Shown in pieces: positions 1 through 15,515 of a stretch of DNA of 64,000 nt. Both the position numbers and the translations under genes were made by a program. Origin of the DNA: Balamuthia mandrillaris (lineage: Eukaryota). Location: positions 124,001 to 188,000 of the forward strand of contig JAVKOQ020000017.1 of assembly GCA_031835245.2 (NCBI GenBank), read 5' to 3'. The notes below the pieces were generated by a model. That model saw only the letters and a list, made by a program, of their open reading frames with translations. It had not been told where the DNA came from and did not search any database. Position 1 is the stretch's first letter. Each line of letters starts with the position of its first letter.

Positions 1-1386
1 GCGGATTTTGCAGCTGAAGACTGGCAATCTTTTTTGGGTTATGCGTCAATGTCGCAGAAAACAACAGCTTATGCAAATGTTGTTGCTGTTGTTGCTGTAG
101 TGATGTATCTACTTTCTTCCTTTCGTTTCCTGTTGTTGTTTGTCCAGGCTGTGCTGCTAACAAAACTTTAGGCAGCCAGTTCTGAAAGGATTGCATGAGC
201 AAACGATCTGCCTCGTCGATGACGAGAAAGCGCAAGTGGCTCAATGTGAAGCCTTCTGTTTGTGCCAACAAGTCTATCAATCTTCCGGGAGTGCATACCA
301 GAATGTCCACTAATCCTTCCCATTGTTGCTCACTTGGTTCTCTTGGTTGACAGTCTTTTTCGTTTGGTGATTGTTGTTGATTTGGCCAATCGTATTGATA
401 GAGGGTTAGAGGAGCGCCTTTGGAGGATGTGGAGGAAGGCGGCCACCGACGAACGAGTTTGGCTTGGTCTTGTTTAAAGGGGCTTTGGCCAACAACAACT
501 TCAACCTGTTTTAGATAGTTCGTGAGCAAAACAAACCACAAAAAAAGAAAAACGAAAGCAACTATCCAAGATAAAGAGAAGTGAAGGAGGACCTTTAGTG
601 AAGTGTTGGTGCAAAGCAAGTCAAAGACGGACTTCACTTGAAGGGCCAAGTCTCGGTTGGGCACTATCACCAACGCTCGAAGCAACCGGATCACTCTGTT
701 CAACAATGCCTATTGTTTGTTTGTTAAGTTATCTTAGAGAAGCCATGAAGGCTGAAGAAACATACGTTAACGATCGGAACAGCGTAGGCTAAGGTCTTTC
801 CACTGCCAGTAGGAGCACAAACACAAATGTCACCCGCAACCACTCCTTTCCTTCTCTCCTTCTCCTTTCGCTTCTCTTCATTCTCGTCTTCTTCTTTCGT
901 TTTCTTTTTCGTGTTCTTCACTTTCTTCTTTCTTGTCTCTTTCTTCTTTTCTTTTGTTGCTTCTTCCTCCTCTTCGATGAGGGCAAACTCGCCGCTGCCC
1001 CCGCAAGCGACGCTTCTCATGACGGCCGGGATGACCTCCGACTGGACCGGGAAGAAGCGCTCAATGCCAAAGCGGTGGGCAAGGTTCTGGGCCAGAACGG
1101 GGGATAACCCCGGCATGGCGCCCACTGGAGTGCGTTTGTTGTTGTCGATGATCCGTTCGCTACGTTTTTTGCGGAGCAGTGAGGTCGGAGTGGTGGCTGC
1201 GGACGCGGCTTTGATTTTTTTACGGGTCTGATGAACACTGAGGTTCTTGACATCTTCCTCGTTGCTGGTGGTGGTAGTTGTTGTTATGGCCTCGGACGTG
1301 TTGGCTGAAGAAGAAGAAGAGGAGGAGGAGGAAGGTTCTTTGGCCGGCAAAGGGCCTTCCTCTCCAGCCCGTAGCTTGCGCTTCAT
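1..1386 (-). CDS. DDX51: DEAD-box RNA helicase, DDX51/Dbp6 family (5' part; continues beyond window start; multi-exon)
   Basis: Q motif FFPVQ, Walker A APTGSGKTLAY; downstream minus-strand exons give LRFLVIDEADRLL (DEAD) and KLLFSATLTHNPKKI (SAT). Confidence 0.85.
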
Positions 1387-2008
1387 CTGCTACCCTTTTT
1401 TTTCCTCCTTGAGTACACAAGCTAATAGCCCTAATATGTTTTCCTCAATTATCTGTCGACAATTTATTCCACGAAAAAATTGGAAAATCTCCCAACCGAA
1501 ATCAACGACTCCTCAAACATAATAGGTGTTATCCTGTTTTTGGTGATTTTGTTTTCCAGTAAACTTCCTTGTTTGGTTTTGGCGGTAAAAACGGACGGAG
1601 AATTGTTTGCGAAAAAAAAAAAGCAAACAACAGAAAAAAAAACGTAGTAGCAAGGAAGAGAGAAAGAGAGAGTCGGGTGAAAAGGGACAACACCACACAA
1701 TAGCCAGGAGCTGTTGTTGCGGTTGTTTAGTATTTATTTATTTTTTTTTTGGGGGGGTCGTTCAATCTCTCCCCCTCCCGTCTATCTCTGATTTTTATTT
1801 ATTTATTTATTTATTTATTTTTATTTGACGACTTTCCAAAGAAACATCTTTTTTCCACGAATATTCCGAACGGTTGGTCGCTACACAGCGCAAGGCTTCA
1901 CATTACGCTCTTTGATTTTCCTCATCTGAATCTTCATCTACATCGCACTTCCTCTTCTGTTTATTTTCACTTTTTGATTTATCATTTTGGCCTCGACGAA
2001 TTGTGATC

Positions 2009-5000
2009 ATGTTGGAGGTTTTGCTGTTCGGGGTCCTGCTGGTTGTAGGCGGCCTGTTGGTTGCCCGACTAACTGGCATCCTGCCCTCCTCTCAGCCTTC
2101 CAAAGTGTACGGACTCTGCTCTTCTTTTTTCTCACATTCTCTTGTCTCTCTCTCTCTCTTCTCTCCCTTTAAATTTAGTGAGAAGTAGACTAACTGTTCT
2201 CAAAACTGTAGGAAGGGAATGGCCGTCCGTCGCAAGAACGGAGTTTTGGAGAAAGCACATTTGCCGTCTTCCGCAGGCCGCCAGCTACGGCGTAGAGGCG
2301 GAGCTCCCACAGCCACCTCTCAACTCTATGAGCTGTCAGCCGCTCCACAACAACAATACCACCAGCAATACGACCAAAGAGGCCCTTCTTCGGTCACGAA
2401 ACCAGCTGCTGGCGCAGCTTCTCCCTATTATGCTTCACTCTCTTCTTCTGTTCCGGCAATGAAGTCCTTCCCTAGCGAACCTCCTTCCCCCTCTGTCTTG
2501 TCGCCGTACTTTTCTTCTTCGTGGGAGAAAGTGGGCTCTGTGGGTTCTTCTGGTGGGGCTGCCCCGTTCTCTTCGCCCCTCTATCATCCCATCAAGAAGA
2601 AGAAGGATGAGCTAGAGAAACTTACATCTCCCATTTTTCATCAACACGACGAACCTTATCGGCCTGAACGTTATGAACCTCTTGCTTTCTCTCAACGCAG
2701 CGCCGAGTTTTATTACGATGAGGACGAAGCGGAAGAAGACGAAAATGAAGAAAGAGAGACAACGGATGTCATCAATAACAAAAACACGCCTCGCAAATCG
2801 CTCATCGAAACATTGATGGAAGATGAATCGGCCAACAACAGAGAGGATTACTTCAAGTCTTCTCGATCAAACTCGCCAAAGCCAACGATCACAATAAAAG
2901 ACGCAGAAAACAACCTCCCAGCAAAGTCAAGAATGGATTCCAACCGCAAACGTCGTATCATCGAGGAGAACGGCTTGCCTCTGGAGTCAAAAAAAAAGGC
3001 TCGTGGCACTCCATTCCAACAGCAACCAAGAGGACAAGGCGCCAAACGAAGAATATCTAGCAGCAAATCGGGCTCTCCTACCAGCGAGAGCTCCACCAAA
3101 CGAACTAAACCTCTGACCGTTGGCGAAGCAGGTGAACCAGAAACAGAAAGAGATAGAGAGGAGGAAGAAGAGCTGCAACACCGAACACCAGGAGTAAAAA
3201 GAAAGGCTGTAGCCGCTAGTCTGGGTTCTCCGCAACGGCCGACACCCGCTACTACTCCCAGATCGCTTCCCAGTGATATAGCCACCACTACAAAGAGAAG
3301 AAGAGAAAGGGGATATGAAGAACGGGACCGAGAACGAGAACAAGAACGTGAAAAACGACCTTCCAAATACCTTCGTGATGCAGATGATGATGTTCAAAGA
3401 GACCCTGAAGTGGCCGCCACCGTCACCAAACGTAATCGCATGAATGTTTTGAAGCAAGTGCTGCTCAAGTCCTCTCAACAAAGAAGCATGTTCGACGCTG
3501 CTTCTGGTCCTTCTACTCCTATTGCCACTTTGAAATCTTCATCATCCTCGTCGTCAGCAGAAAGCGCCACATCTACCCCAACCACCTCCACAGCAACCAC
3601 AGTCACAGCACCCCAGCAAGTTAAAGAGGAACAACGAACTCCCGCCACTCCAGAAGAGCATGAGCAAAGTAAAGAGGATTATAAGCCGTCATCGAGCGAG
3701 ACACCTGTTGCCCTCTCCCAAAGAGATTCTTTTGCATCTTCTCCAGCCATCACCGGAACACCCAAAAACAGACTTAGATTTTCCTCTAAAAGGCCAACAG
3801 CTACCACACCGTCATCACTATCGCAAGGCACTCCCGCCAGCTCGACTAGCACGAGCGACAACCCTGCAACGAAACAGAAGCAGACGAAGCCCGAGAAAGA
3901 AAGTCCTGCGACCAAGGAAGAAGACGAAGAAGCAGAAGACAAAAGAGTTTTGTCACTCCTGCAATCCGCCTCTGATCTTGCCAAGAAAAAGGAACAACAA
4001 GCCAAGGAAGAGGAACAGGCCAAACAACGAGAGACGCCCAAGCCTTTGATCACATTGAAGAAGAAAGAAGAGCCTCCTTCCGCCGAGCAGCAACCTCCTG
4101 TTATTGCAACGATGCCTATCCCTGCTGGGGCTGCCATTTCTACCTCCTCTCAACAACAACCACAACCACTTGCTGTTGCTGCTCCCGCAGCTCCTGCTAC
4201 CAGCGGATTCGTCTTTCCCGGTCCAACGACATCTGCTCCACAACCTCAACAACAGCAGCAGCAAGCCGCTGTCCCGACCGCCTCTTCATTTACCTTTGGA
4301 GGAGCTCCAACCCCTTCTTCTTCATCCGCTCTCTCCCGCTCTACGCCTGCTACCTCTGCTGGAGCAACTGCCGGATTCGCTTTGCCATCATCGTCAACCG
4401 GGTCCCTGTCGGCGTCGACCCCTTCTCTGTCCACCACTCCCTCTTCCTCGACTGTTTTCGCTCCGTCTTCCTTTACCACTACTGCCAACAAACCGGCTTC
4501 TTCTACCCCATTCTTTGGTGCATCCTCCACACCTGCTTTCGGCGCGCCTTCCTCCTCGTCCGCCTTTGGGGCATCTTCCACACCTGCTACCTCCTCCACG
4601 CCAGCCTTTGGCGCCTCCTCTACACCTGCATTTGGCGCTTCCTCCTCCTCCACACCATCTTCCACTCCTACCTTTGGTACACCATCATCGAGTTCTGCTT
4701 CAGCGTTTGGAGCATCCTCCACACCAGCCTTCGGTGCCTCTACACAAGCCTTTGGTGCCCCTACACCAGCCTTTGGTGCCTCCTCTGCTCCTTCCTTCGG
4801 AGCTCCTTCCTCCACTCCAGCCTTCGGTGCCTCTTCCTCAACACCAGCTTTCGGCACCCCCTCTACGCCAGCCTTTGGTTCTACCTCTTCCTCAACACCA
4901 GCGTTTGGTGCTTCCTCTACGCCAGCTTTCGGCGCATCCTCCACACCTGCTTTTGGTGCTCCGTCTTCCACCAAACCAGCTTTCGGCGCATCCTCAACAC

Positions 5001-5539
5001 CAGCCTTTGGTGCTTCCTCTACATCTGCCTTTGGCACATCCTCTACACCTGCTTTCGGCGCATCCTCTACACCTGCCTTTGGTGCTTCCTCTACACCTGC
5101 CTTTGGCGCATCTTCTACACCAGCGTTTGGTGCTTCCTCTATTCCTGCTTTCGGCAGCTCCGCTACCCCTGCTTTCGGTGCTTCCTCTTCCTCTACCCCT
5201 GCTTTCGGCGCATCCTCCACACCAGCCTTTGGTGCCTCCTCTGCTCCTTCCTTTGGAGCTCCTTCCTCAACACCAGCCTTTGGTTCTTCTGCATCCTTTG
5301 GAGCTCCTTCCTCAACGTCGGCCTTTGGTGGCTCTTCCTTTGGCGCTCCCTCCTCCGCCGCTCCCGCTTTCGGTGCTCCTCCGTCCTCAAAACCCACCTC
5401 CTCAGGTTCATCGGTGGCAGCTGCATTGGCTGAATCCACTGGTGGCGGGGCTGGCTTTTCCGCCGGATCGAGCGGCGGTAGCAGTGGTGGCAGCCGTGGT
5501 CGAAGAGGAGGTGCTCGGGGCCGAAGAGGAAGAAGATAA
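2009..5539 (+). CDS. FG-repeat nucleoporin with N-terminal transmembrane segment (POM121/Nup153-like architecture); exons 2009-2106 and 2212-5539
   Basis: Exon 1 encodes [25 protein letters not shown]. Intron 2107-2211 (GTACGG...GACTAAC...TGTAG) joins it in frame to the 1106-aa ORF, which has basic NLS-like clusters, roughly 30 xAFG/xSFG repeats (4510-5380) and a C-terminal Arg/Gly-rich tail. Confidence 0.8.
4510..5380 (+). repeat. Coding tandem repeat (ASSTPAFG)n
   Basis: Degenerate ~24-nt units encoding PAFG repeats. Confidence 0.9.
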
Positions 5540-5955
5540 GATGGCAACGAAGCAAGCAAACATTCAACAGTGGCCGCTTTTCCCCTTCAAACGGAAACGT
5601 CATGAGAGACGAAAGGAACGACAGGAACCGCACTTGCTTGGGAAAGAAAAGAAAAAAAAAACAATGGGTATCGTCGCCATCAGCATCGTCATCGGCTTTG
5701 TTTTTTTGAGCTTTATTGGGAACGCTCTCGCTGCTGTATCATTTTTTTCTTTTTTGTTTCTTTTTGTTTTTTCACTCCGCATCAGAAAAAGACAAAGGGT
5801 CTCTTTTCTGTTTTACTTTTTTTTTATTAAAAGAAATTATTTCGTATTAAAATACAACAAAAAAAACTTTTAACCAAAAAAAAAAAAAACATTTGTGTAG
5901 TTTTTTTGCTTTGCTTGGGCATCTTTCTTGCTGTGCTCTTATCTCGCTTTTTTTA

Positions 5956-8010
5956 TTATTTGTCTTGTATCTTCTCTTTATATCGTTCTTTTTTCCGTTG
6001 TTGCTGTTCTGCGGGTGCTCGTTGGTCGTCATCTCGAGCAGAAGAGGGGGGAGAAGCGGGGGGAGGTGGCTGGGACGTTGTCCTGGCGTTCTCTGCTCTG
6101 GCTTTGCGTCTGCCTCGCCGCCTTCTTTGTGGGGGTTCGCCAGGAATCCTCTTCCTCTTGGGTGCCTTTTGGAAGTGAAGCCCAACCCCCAAGGAGGGCA
6201 GCGATGGCGTGGAGGAGGTTGTGGAGGAGGAGGAGGATGACAGAGTTGATGGTGGTGTTAGCGAGGAGGACGAAGAAGAAGGAAGAGAAGAGGTGGGAGG
6301 CAGAGAAGTGAGGAAAGAGAAAGATGCTTGTTGGAGACTTTCAACCGCCTGACGGGGAGGGGGAAGGGTACCCGCCAGCTGACGAACGTAACTACCAAAC
6401 GCTCCTCCTTTATGTGTTGTAGCAGCGGCATGTCGAGCACTACTAACAAACATTGTTGTGGTTGTTGTGGTCGTACTTTGAGGTATTTGCTTTGCAGGAA
6501 GAGAAGAAGATGGAGGTGGAGGTGAAGGTGAAGGGGAGGAAAACGGTAAAGAGGAATAGGAGGAAGAAACGGAATAAGAAGAATGAGGAGGTGGGTGATG
6601 GTGGTGATGGTGATAAGTTGGAGGAAGTGATAATTCGGGGGGAGAAACGACTGTTGGTGGATGTTCGACAAGGCTGGCAGCAAGCTGTGGAGAAGAGGAA
6701 GAGGAACGGGAGAAGGAAGCAGAAGAAGCGAGATCTATGGCGTCGGAAGAGGAAGCGGGCGCAGAAGAAGAGGAAGACGTGACAGTGGTTGAAGGAGTTA
6801 TTGTTGTTGGAATGGGAGGCCGTTCTTCTCTTACAGGATAGGAGGCGGGCGAGGAGCAGGCCGACGGTGGTGAGGGCAGAGAAGGTAGCATGGAGGTAGC
6901 GATGGACATATTCTCGAGGAAGTTGAGATTCTCCAACGCTGCAGAAGACAAGGTAGGAGAGAAGGAGAACGAAGAGGACGACAGGGAAGTCATGGCCACT
7001 GTGGAGCTTGGGGGAACAAGGGAGGGTATGATAAACGGAGTTGCCGTAGGGGAGGAAGGAGGAGAAGCAGTGGCCCTCATCCTCAGGAACCTGGCGCCAG
7101 AAGCTGCTGCGGCCAAGGCCACTTCCATGGGCAGGTCCGGGTGCTCCCCCAACAAAGATGACAACGAGGCGGTGGAGTGCGGATCAACCACGACGCTGGG
7201 CAGGGCGTTCAAAGAGGAGCTAACCGTCGCGGACAACGTGCCACTGCCAAGCTCCGAGGAAGAGGCGGAGGCGTTGATGGACAACGCCAGAGCCGTGGCC
7301 TCCAGCGTGGCCATGAGCTCCACTGCCGTTTGTTGTTCCGTGCCGGTGATCACCGCTGCTGCCGTCGTGGAAGATGACGGGGCCATCAAGGTTGTCGCAC
7401 TCACCGGAGGGGGATGAGGAGGGCTGACCCTCATCCCCAGTCCCAAACCAGCCTCACCCGTCGTGGAGGTGAGGGTGGGGAAAGCAGAAGGGGAGGCAAA
7501 GTCGAGAGGAGGAGGGGGAGCAAAGTGCCGGAGAGAAGCGGAGGAGGAAGCAGGATGGGGTGAGAGATCATCGTCACCCCCCAAGACATTGACGCCACCG
7601 ACGGTTGTCGTTGCTGTGGAGGAGCCAAGAACGAGAAGGGAGGGTCCAAACGGCGACAAGGTGTAGGCGGTGGCAGCGGAAGGGGAGCTCTTGTCATGCT
7701 TGTCTGTCGTCATCTGGGAGGCTTGCTCGGATAGCCTGGTTTCAGGGGCTGGGAAGATAGGCTCGCTGGCAAAGGCAGGAGGCGAGAGCTGATATTGCAG
7801 GTGAAGCGGAAGAGGGGTGAAAGCGGTGGTCGTGGGTGCGGAGGAGGAGGAGGTGGTGATGATGGTGGGGGTGGATAGGTGGATGCCAGGGTAGTTTATG
7901 GCTCTGGTGGAGTGGAGGAGGGAAGAGGAGATGTGATAAGGGGAGGTTGTTTGGGAGCCATAGGACAGATCTTGTGGTGCAGGCACTGTCCTTCTTTCCT
8001 CCGGATCCAT
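5956..8010 (-). CDS. Hypothetical Ser/Pro/Thr-rich disordered protein with a C-terminal basic NLS-like cluster
   Basis: Long uninterrupted ORF starting MDPEERR at 8010; KRKRIPGEPPQRRRRGRRK near the end; no recognisable domain. Confidence 0.55.
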   Translation of the reverse strand: MDPEERRTVPAPQDLSYGSQTTSPYHISSSLLHSTRAINYPGIHLSTPTIITTSSSSAPTTTAFTPLPLHLQYQLSPPAFASEPIFPAPETRLSEQASQMTTDKHDKSSPSAATAYTLSPFGPSLLVLGSSTATTTVGGVNVLGGDDDLSPHPASSSASLRHFAPPPPLDFASPSAFPTLTSTTGEAGLGLGMRVSPPHPPPVSATTLMAPSSSTTAAAVITGTEQQTAVELMATLEATALALSINASASSSELGSGTLSATVSSSLNALPSVVVDPHSTASLSSLLGEHPDLPMEVALAAAASGARFLRMRATASPPSSPTATPFIIPSLVPPSSTVAMTSLSSSSFSFSPTLSSAALENLNFLENMSIATSMLPSLPSPPSACSSPASYPVREERPPIPTTITPSTTVTSSSSSAPASSSDAIDLASSASFSRSSSSSPQLAASLVEHPPTVVSPPELSLPPTYHHHHHHPPPHSSYSVSSSYSSLPFSSPSPSPPPPSSSLPAKQIPQSTTTTTTTMFVSSARHAAATTHKGGAFGSYVRQLAGTLPPPRQAVESLQQASFSFLTSLPPTSSLPSSSSSSLTPPSTLSSSSSSTTSSTPSLPSLGVGLHFQKAPKRKRIPGEPPQRRRRGRRKARAENARTTSQPPPPASPPSSARDDDQRAPAEQQQRKKERYKEKIQDK

Positions 8011-8822
8011 CCAACACACACAATAAGATAGATAAGAAAATTAAATACCAATCCAACTTCTTTTTTTTTGTGTGTGTGTTCCTTAATGAACCAGAAAGAA
8101 GTGGGAAGGAGGAAAAAAAAAAGAAGGACAAGAGAGAAGAAAGAAAAAAAAGAAGAGAGACGGAGAGAAAAAAAAAAGGAGAGGCAATCCTCTTTTCTCT
8201 TCCTTCTCGTCTTATTCTTTTTTTTCCCTCTTGCTTCTTCTCACCCCCCGGAAGTTCAGCACAGCCCACACAGGGACAACTCGAATGATTTGTTTTTCTC
8301 TCTCTGTTGGGGTGTCATTCGGGGGTTCCCTTGGAAATAAATGAGTTCCGGTGATCTGTTGCGTGTTCAAAACGTTACCAGCAAATTCTTAAGAAAAGCG
8401 GAAATAAGAATAAGAACATGCCAGCATAAGGTAATCCCCGAGAACCCTGCCCTTATTTGCGATAGCGCCATTGGGCAGATTGCCCCCAAAAAGCGAGGCC
8501 ATCTGTGGTCCCCCCTTCTGCCAAGTGGAAAACTCGCTTCCGTTCCAGGCTCACCCCCCCACAAGTCAGTTCTCCTGCCAGGACGTTATTTCCTTTTTGT
8601 TTTCCCACCAAGGTCTAAGGTCTGGGAGGGGGGAGGGACAGGCCCGGTTCGTGGGCTCTTTGCTTGCAAGGGGTGAAATTAGCGGGGAATCCAGCCCTCA
8701 ACGTGCCTGAAATTCGGAGAGCAACAGGAAGAAAAGAGCCTCCTCTCCTCTTCTCCTCCTTTGGAGGCTGAGCTGAAGCGAGCGCTTAGTCTTTTGCAGT
8801 GGTTGAAAGACAAACCAACAGA

Positions 8823-9654
8823 ATGAATTACATGGTTGCGCTGGACGGCTCGCGCCACTCGGAGGCGGCTTTGGAGACGGCGCTGGAGATGGTGGACCCC
8901 GCCAAGGACCGGCTGCACCTGGTGGCGGTGGTGGAGGAGCGCAGCGCCTTCAGCCTCCTCCCCTTTCTTGGTGGCGGCAGCAGCGAGGAGGAGAGCCCTG
9001 AAGAGCAGGACAGGCGCGCTCGTCGGTTGCTGGTGCGCTCGGCCAAACGCTGCGAGAGGAAACACGCGGGGTCGCATGCTTTGTCTGTCAAGGAGGAAGG
9101 GACAGGGGCTCGCTTTCGCAGAGGCCAAAACCTTCATTTGTTGTTGACCAGAGGGCAACACGTGGGGTGGTCTTTGTGTCGTGTGGTGGAGAAGAAAGGG
9201 ATCGACTGCCTTATCATCGGAAGAAGAGGTCTCACTGGGTTTCAGGTATCGTGTTTTTGTTTGCTGTGGAAAGGAATACTAACCACAAGACAACGTAAAG
9301 CGAGCAATGGCCGGTTCGACTTCGCGTTATTGCATGGAGAATGCTGAGTGCAACGTGTACGTGGTGAAAGGGGAGTACCTGCCCGAAAAGCATGACTCGC
9401 TGGCAGAGGTCGTGGACGCGGAGGAGAAGGAGCGGAGGAGAAGAATGAGCGGCGCAGAGGCGGAAGCAGAACAGGAGCCGGGTGATGAGGAGAGAGACAA
9501 ACACAGGCAGGAGACGCTGGCGCGACTGAACGCCCAGGTGAGGGAGGTCGGCGGACAATACGAAGAGAGAGAAATAGAAGACGTGTCCATACACTCGGAT
9601 GACGAAGAAGAGGAAGGAGGAGAAGAAGCCGGCACCGAAGAGGCCACAAAGTAA
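8823..9654 (+). CDS. Universal stress protein (UspA domain) with acidic C-terminal tail; intron 9246-9300
   Basis: MNYMVALDGSRHSEAAL...DCLIIGRRGLTGFQ|RAMAGSTSRYCMENAECNVYVVK fits the USP G-x2-G-x9-GS pattern; the GT..AG intron keeps frame. Confidence 0.85.
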
Positions 9655-9789
9655 CTTTTTGGTTCACAAGTCGTGCAGTTTTTGACCTAAAAATCAGCCC
9701 AATCATACCTTCAGTGCACAGAAACTGCAATTTTAGTGCAGAGTTTGAGCAGTAAAAAGTGTAGCAGCGAAGAAAGTTAACTCGTTTTG

Positions 9790-12089
<2,300 letters not shown>

Positions 12090-12207
12090 ACAAGGCCTGG
12101 CCTCGTGTCCAGAGACTCGGTGTTTACGCGTTACCCGTGGACAAACTTTGGCTTTGCTTCAAGGTGCATCATTTTTGTAGACAAAGAAAAAGAAAGAAAA
12201 AGAAAGA

Positions 12208-12917
12208 ATGGGAAGGCGCATCGTGTGCCTTGCTCCTTCCGTTGCTGGAGGACTAATGGGTTGGTTTTGTTCGTTGTTCTTCCAAGACCCTCTAAAAGTA
12301 AGCTGACAAAAAATGTTCATCACTCAGTGGGAGGTCTCACCATTGCTGCTCTGATTCGGAGCAGGGACCTCCGTTCCATCTCCTGCGAGAGCCTCTATCA
12401 CACCTGGACCTTCGTGCTGGTCTCCTTGTTCGTGGTAGCCGTGGCGGGCACCCTGGCCACCATGGCTGTCGTCTCCTTCCTCATCGGTTGGAAGGTGGAG
12501 CAGCGGCGACGCTTCCGCCTGCTGCCCTTTCTCCTCAGCGCTCGCCTCTACTCGGCCCGTGAAAGACGCGGCCACGCGCTACGCTTCCTGCTGCCCCTGT
12601 GCTTCCTCTTCTTTGTGATGCCCGGGGTCAGCGCTTGGGGAATGTACATCTTGACGAGCGTGGGGCAGGACTCGGTCTGCGAGGAGGCTCTCACCGGGGA
12701 TAGGCTCTGCCAGCAGCGCGCCCTCATTTGTGAGCTCACCACCCTGCACGGCCTCACGCTGATCTACACCATGTTGGGGCTGGTCCCTTTGGGGGCCATC
12801 CTGTTCTTTGTGGCGTTTGCGGGGTTGTTGATGCCGTGTGTGATGTTGGAGGTGTGGTGGAAGGAGAAGACAGAGGCTAGGCTGGAGGAGGAGAACTTTA
12901 CGTTACTTTCCTCGTGA
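12208..12917 (+). CDS. Hypothetical multi-pass membrane protein; exons 12208-12259 and 12328-12917
   Basis: MGRRIVCLAPSVAGGLM spliced in frame (GTTGGT...CTCAG) to VGGLTIAAL...; about 4 hydrophobic segments with Cys-containing loops. Confidence 0.6.
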
Positions 12918-13410
12918 GACGCTCTCCTCCTGTTTTGTGTTGTTAAGAGTGGTGGTGGGTTTCGATGAAACTTTTTTTTTCCTCCCTTCTTTTTTTTTCT
13001 TATTTAAAATAACTTTTTGTTTCGGTGTTGTAAAAAGCTTTTATTGAAACATGATAGCCTTTCGGCTCTCTCCCTCTCACCCAGAGCTCTTCTCTCCACC
13101 TCTCTCTGCCACACCCCCCCCAATCCGGTGTCCGTGTCCTCCCGCGCAGGCAGGTTACTCCCTTTCTTGCTTTCTTTCTTTCCTGTCATTCTTCTCTCTC
13201 TTTGGCCCAAAGCCCAAAAACCGATAATTCTAATATTTTCTACGAAATATTGATAATAAAAAGACAGCAAATCGGCATGGATTAGCCGGAAATGTTGAAA
13301 AGTTGGAAAAGTGGGCCTAAAAAAAGGCAAAGCAGGAAAAAAATAACAAATATTTTTTTTGTTTCCCCCTTGTGGCCACTTTTGAGGTTTAAAAAAAAAA
13401 CTAAGTAGCG

Positions 13411-13451
<41 letters not shown>

Positions 13452-13474
13452 AAGAAAAGGAGAGGCACGATACG

Positions 13475-15344
13475 ATGATGGACGCGGTACGTTTGCTTGA
13501 TGTTTTTTTATTCTTTGTTTCTCTCTTTGTTTTTTTTTCTCTCTCTTCATGTCCAAATTTTTTGGAGGTGTTTTGGATGGGGATCAGATAGATGAACGTT
13601 AATCTTTCCTTTTTTTAAAAAAAAAAAATAAATCATTTGCAGCAACAGACATCGACTACATCGCAAAAGGCAGTCTTGGTGCAAAATATTTCCCCCAACG
13701 CCACGGAAAAGACTGTGACCGACTTTTTCTCCTTCTGTGGCAAAATTACCTCCCTTAAACTCACTGTGTTGGTTTTCCCTCTTTTCTCTACTTTTCCTTT
13801 TTGTCGTTGCGCGCGCTCTCTCCCTCTCTCTCTTTCTCTCTCTTTTTTTCTCTCTCTTTTTTTCTCTCTCTCTTTTTCTTTACATTCTTTTGCTTCCTTT
13901 TCTGTTTGGCTTTGTTTTATTCTCTTCTTTTTTATTTGCCCTTGTTCGTATCTATTGTCTCTTTTTCTTTCACCTCTCCTCTTTTCTCCCCCTCGCTCTC
14001 TCCCTCCCTCTCCCTCTCCCTCTCCTCTCTCTCTCTCTCTCTCTTCTCTTTGTAACTTCCTCTCTTTGCGTGTTCTCTGCAAACAGTGACGAGGAAGGAA
14101 CAAAGCATGCTTTGGTGGTGTTCGAGTCAGAAGCCGCAGCTAAGACTGCCCTCCTTCTCTCCAACGCTCTCATCGTGGACAGGCCCATTACCGTAGTGCC
14201 TGCTGGAGCTGAGAGCGGTGCTGAACTGCCAGAGGGCACCTCTACTACCACTTTGCACGGCAGCCAAATTGAGAACAAGCCTCATCAGCTTCCGCCCGAG
14301 CAAAGGGTTATTCCTTTCTTTTCTCTGTTCCTTTTCTCTTTCTTTTTCTCTCTTTTTCTCTCTATCCGTTTTTCTCCCCTTCTCATTTGCATTTATTATG
14401 GACTTAAACTGTGTTTATCTAATGATAGACGCACACTTCGGTGATAGCCAGCATGATTGCCGCAGGATATATGGTTGGCGCCGAGGCCATCCAAAAAGCC
14501 AGAGAATACGATGGTTTCCTATCTCTCCTCCTTCCTTTCTCCTCCCTTCCCCACAAAACACCCCAACTTGGCAAAGACGATGACTCTTGTCCTTTTCTTT
14601 TCTCTCTTCCTCTTTGTTGTTGTCATTGTTGTTTTCTTTTCTTTTCTTTCGGTGGTTGTTTCTTTCGAAAACAAAAACAACAAACACAGAAGCACACTCA
14701 ATTTCTGTTCAATTAAAAGTGGGAGCGCAGGCCATCAAGGCCAAAGCCTCCGAGATCGACCAGCAGTACAAGATCAGTGAGACAGCCTCCTCCTGGGCTT
14801 CCTATTTGGCCAGCGCTGCCAGCGCCACCACTGCCGCCGCGTCTGCCAAGTGGCAGGAGCTCGACCAGGCCGTTGGCATCAGCGACACCGCCTCCTCCAT
14901 TCGACAGACCAGCGGGCAGTTACTTCAACAGGTATTTGTTTCTCTCTGACTTTTTTTCTGACAATTCTGATGAAACGATTACAACAGGTAATGGAAAGTG
15001 AACCAGTGGTAAGCACCAAGGAAGGCTTCAAGACAGCTGGCAGGGAGCTCTCTCAAGTGGCCCAACAGGCCAAGAGCGAGACCATGCGGCTCTTCCAGGA
15101 AGAGGGCGTTTTGAAGACAGCCTCCGAAAAGGTCAAAGAAGGCAACGCCATGGTCAGCGGCGCTGTCAAGAACATCAGCGAGGACACCGCCAGGCTCATT
15201 CACGAGAAGAAGGTGGCCAAGGGCATGGCCGTTAGCGATGAGGAAGGAGAGGAGAGAGAAGAGAGCGAGCTGAGGCAACAAGAGCAACAGGCGGGAGAAG
15301 AACAAAAGGAGGAGAAGGAAGGCGAGGAGAAGGAGCAACAGTAA
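13475..15344 (+). CDS. RRM-domain protein, Vip1/BPA1-like (multi-exon)
   Basis: AVLVQNISPNATEKTVTDFFSFCGKITSLKL and HALVVFESEAAAKTALLLSNALIVDRPITV, followed by IASMIAAGYMVGAEAIQKAREYD typical of this family. Confidence 0.75.
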
Positions 15345-15471
15345 TTGTTGTTTGCCGATGTTTAGAGATTATTAGGAGTGGTTACCTACTCCACCTGAAC
15401 TCTTGTTTTTTTTTCCCCTTCGTTTTTAAATGTGAATAGTTGATATCACCATCACCACGGACTTCCTCGCG

Positions 15472-15515
<44 letters not shown>

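Noticed and set aside
4104..5873. Long alternative-frame and antisense ORFs over the nucleoporin (589 aa +, 437 aa -)
   Set aside because: By-products of the stop-poor PAFG repeat.
8300..8720. Short ORFs in the intergenic region between the S/P-rich gene and the USP gene
   Set aside because: No recognisable domain, splice logic or terminal repeats.
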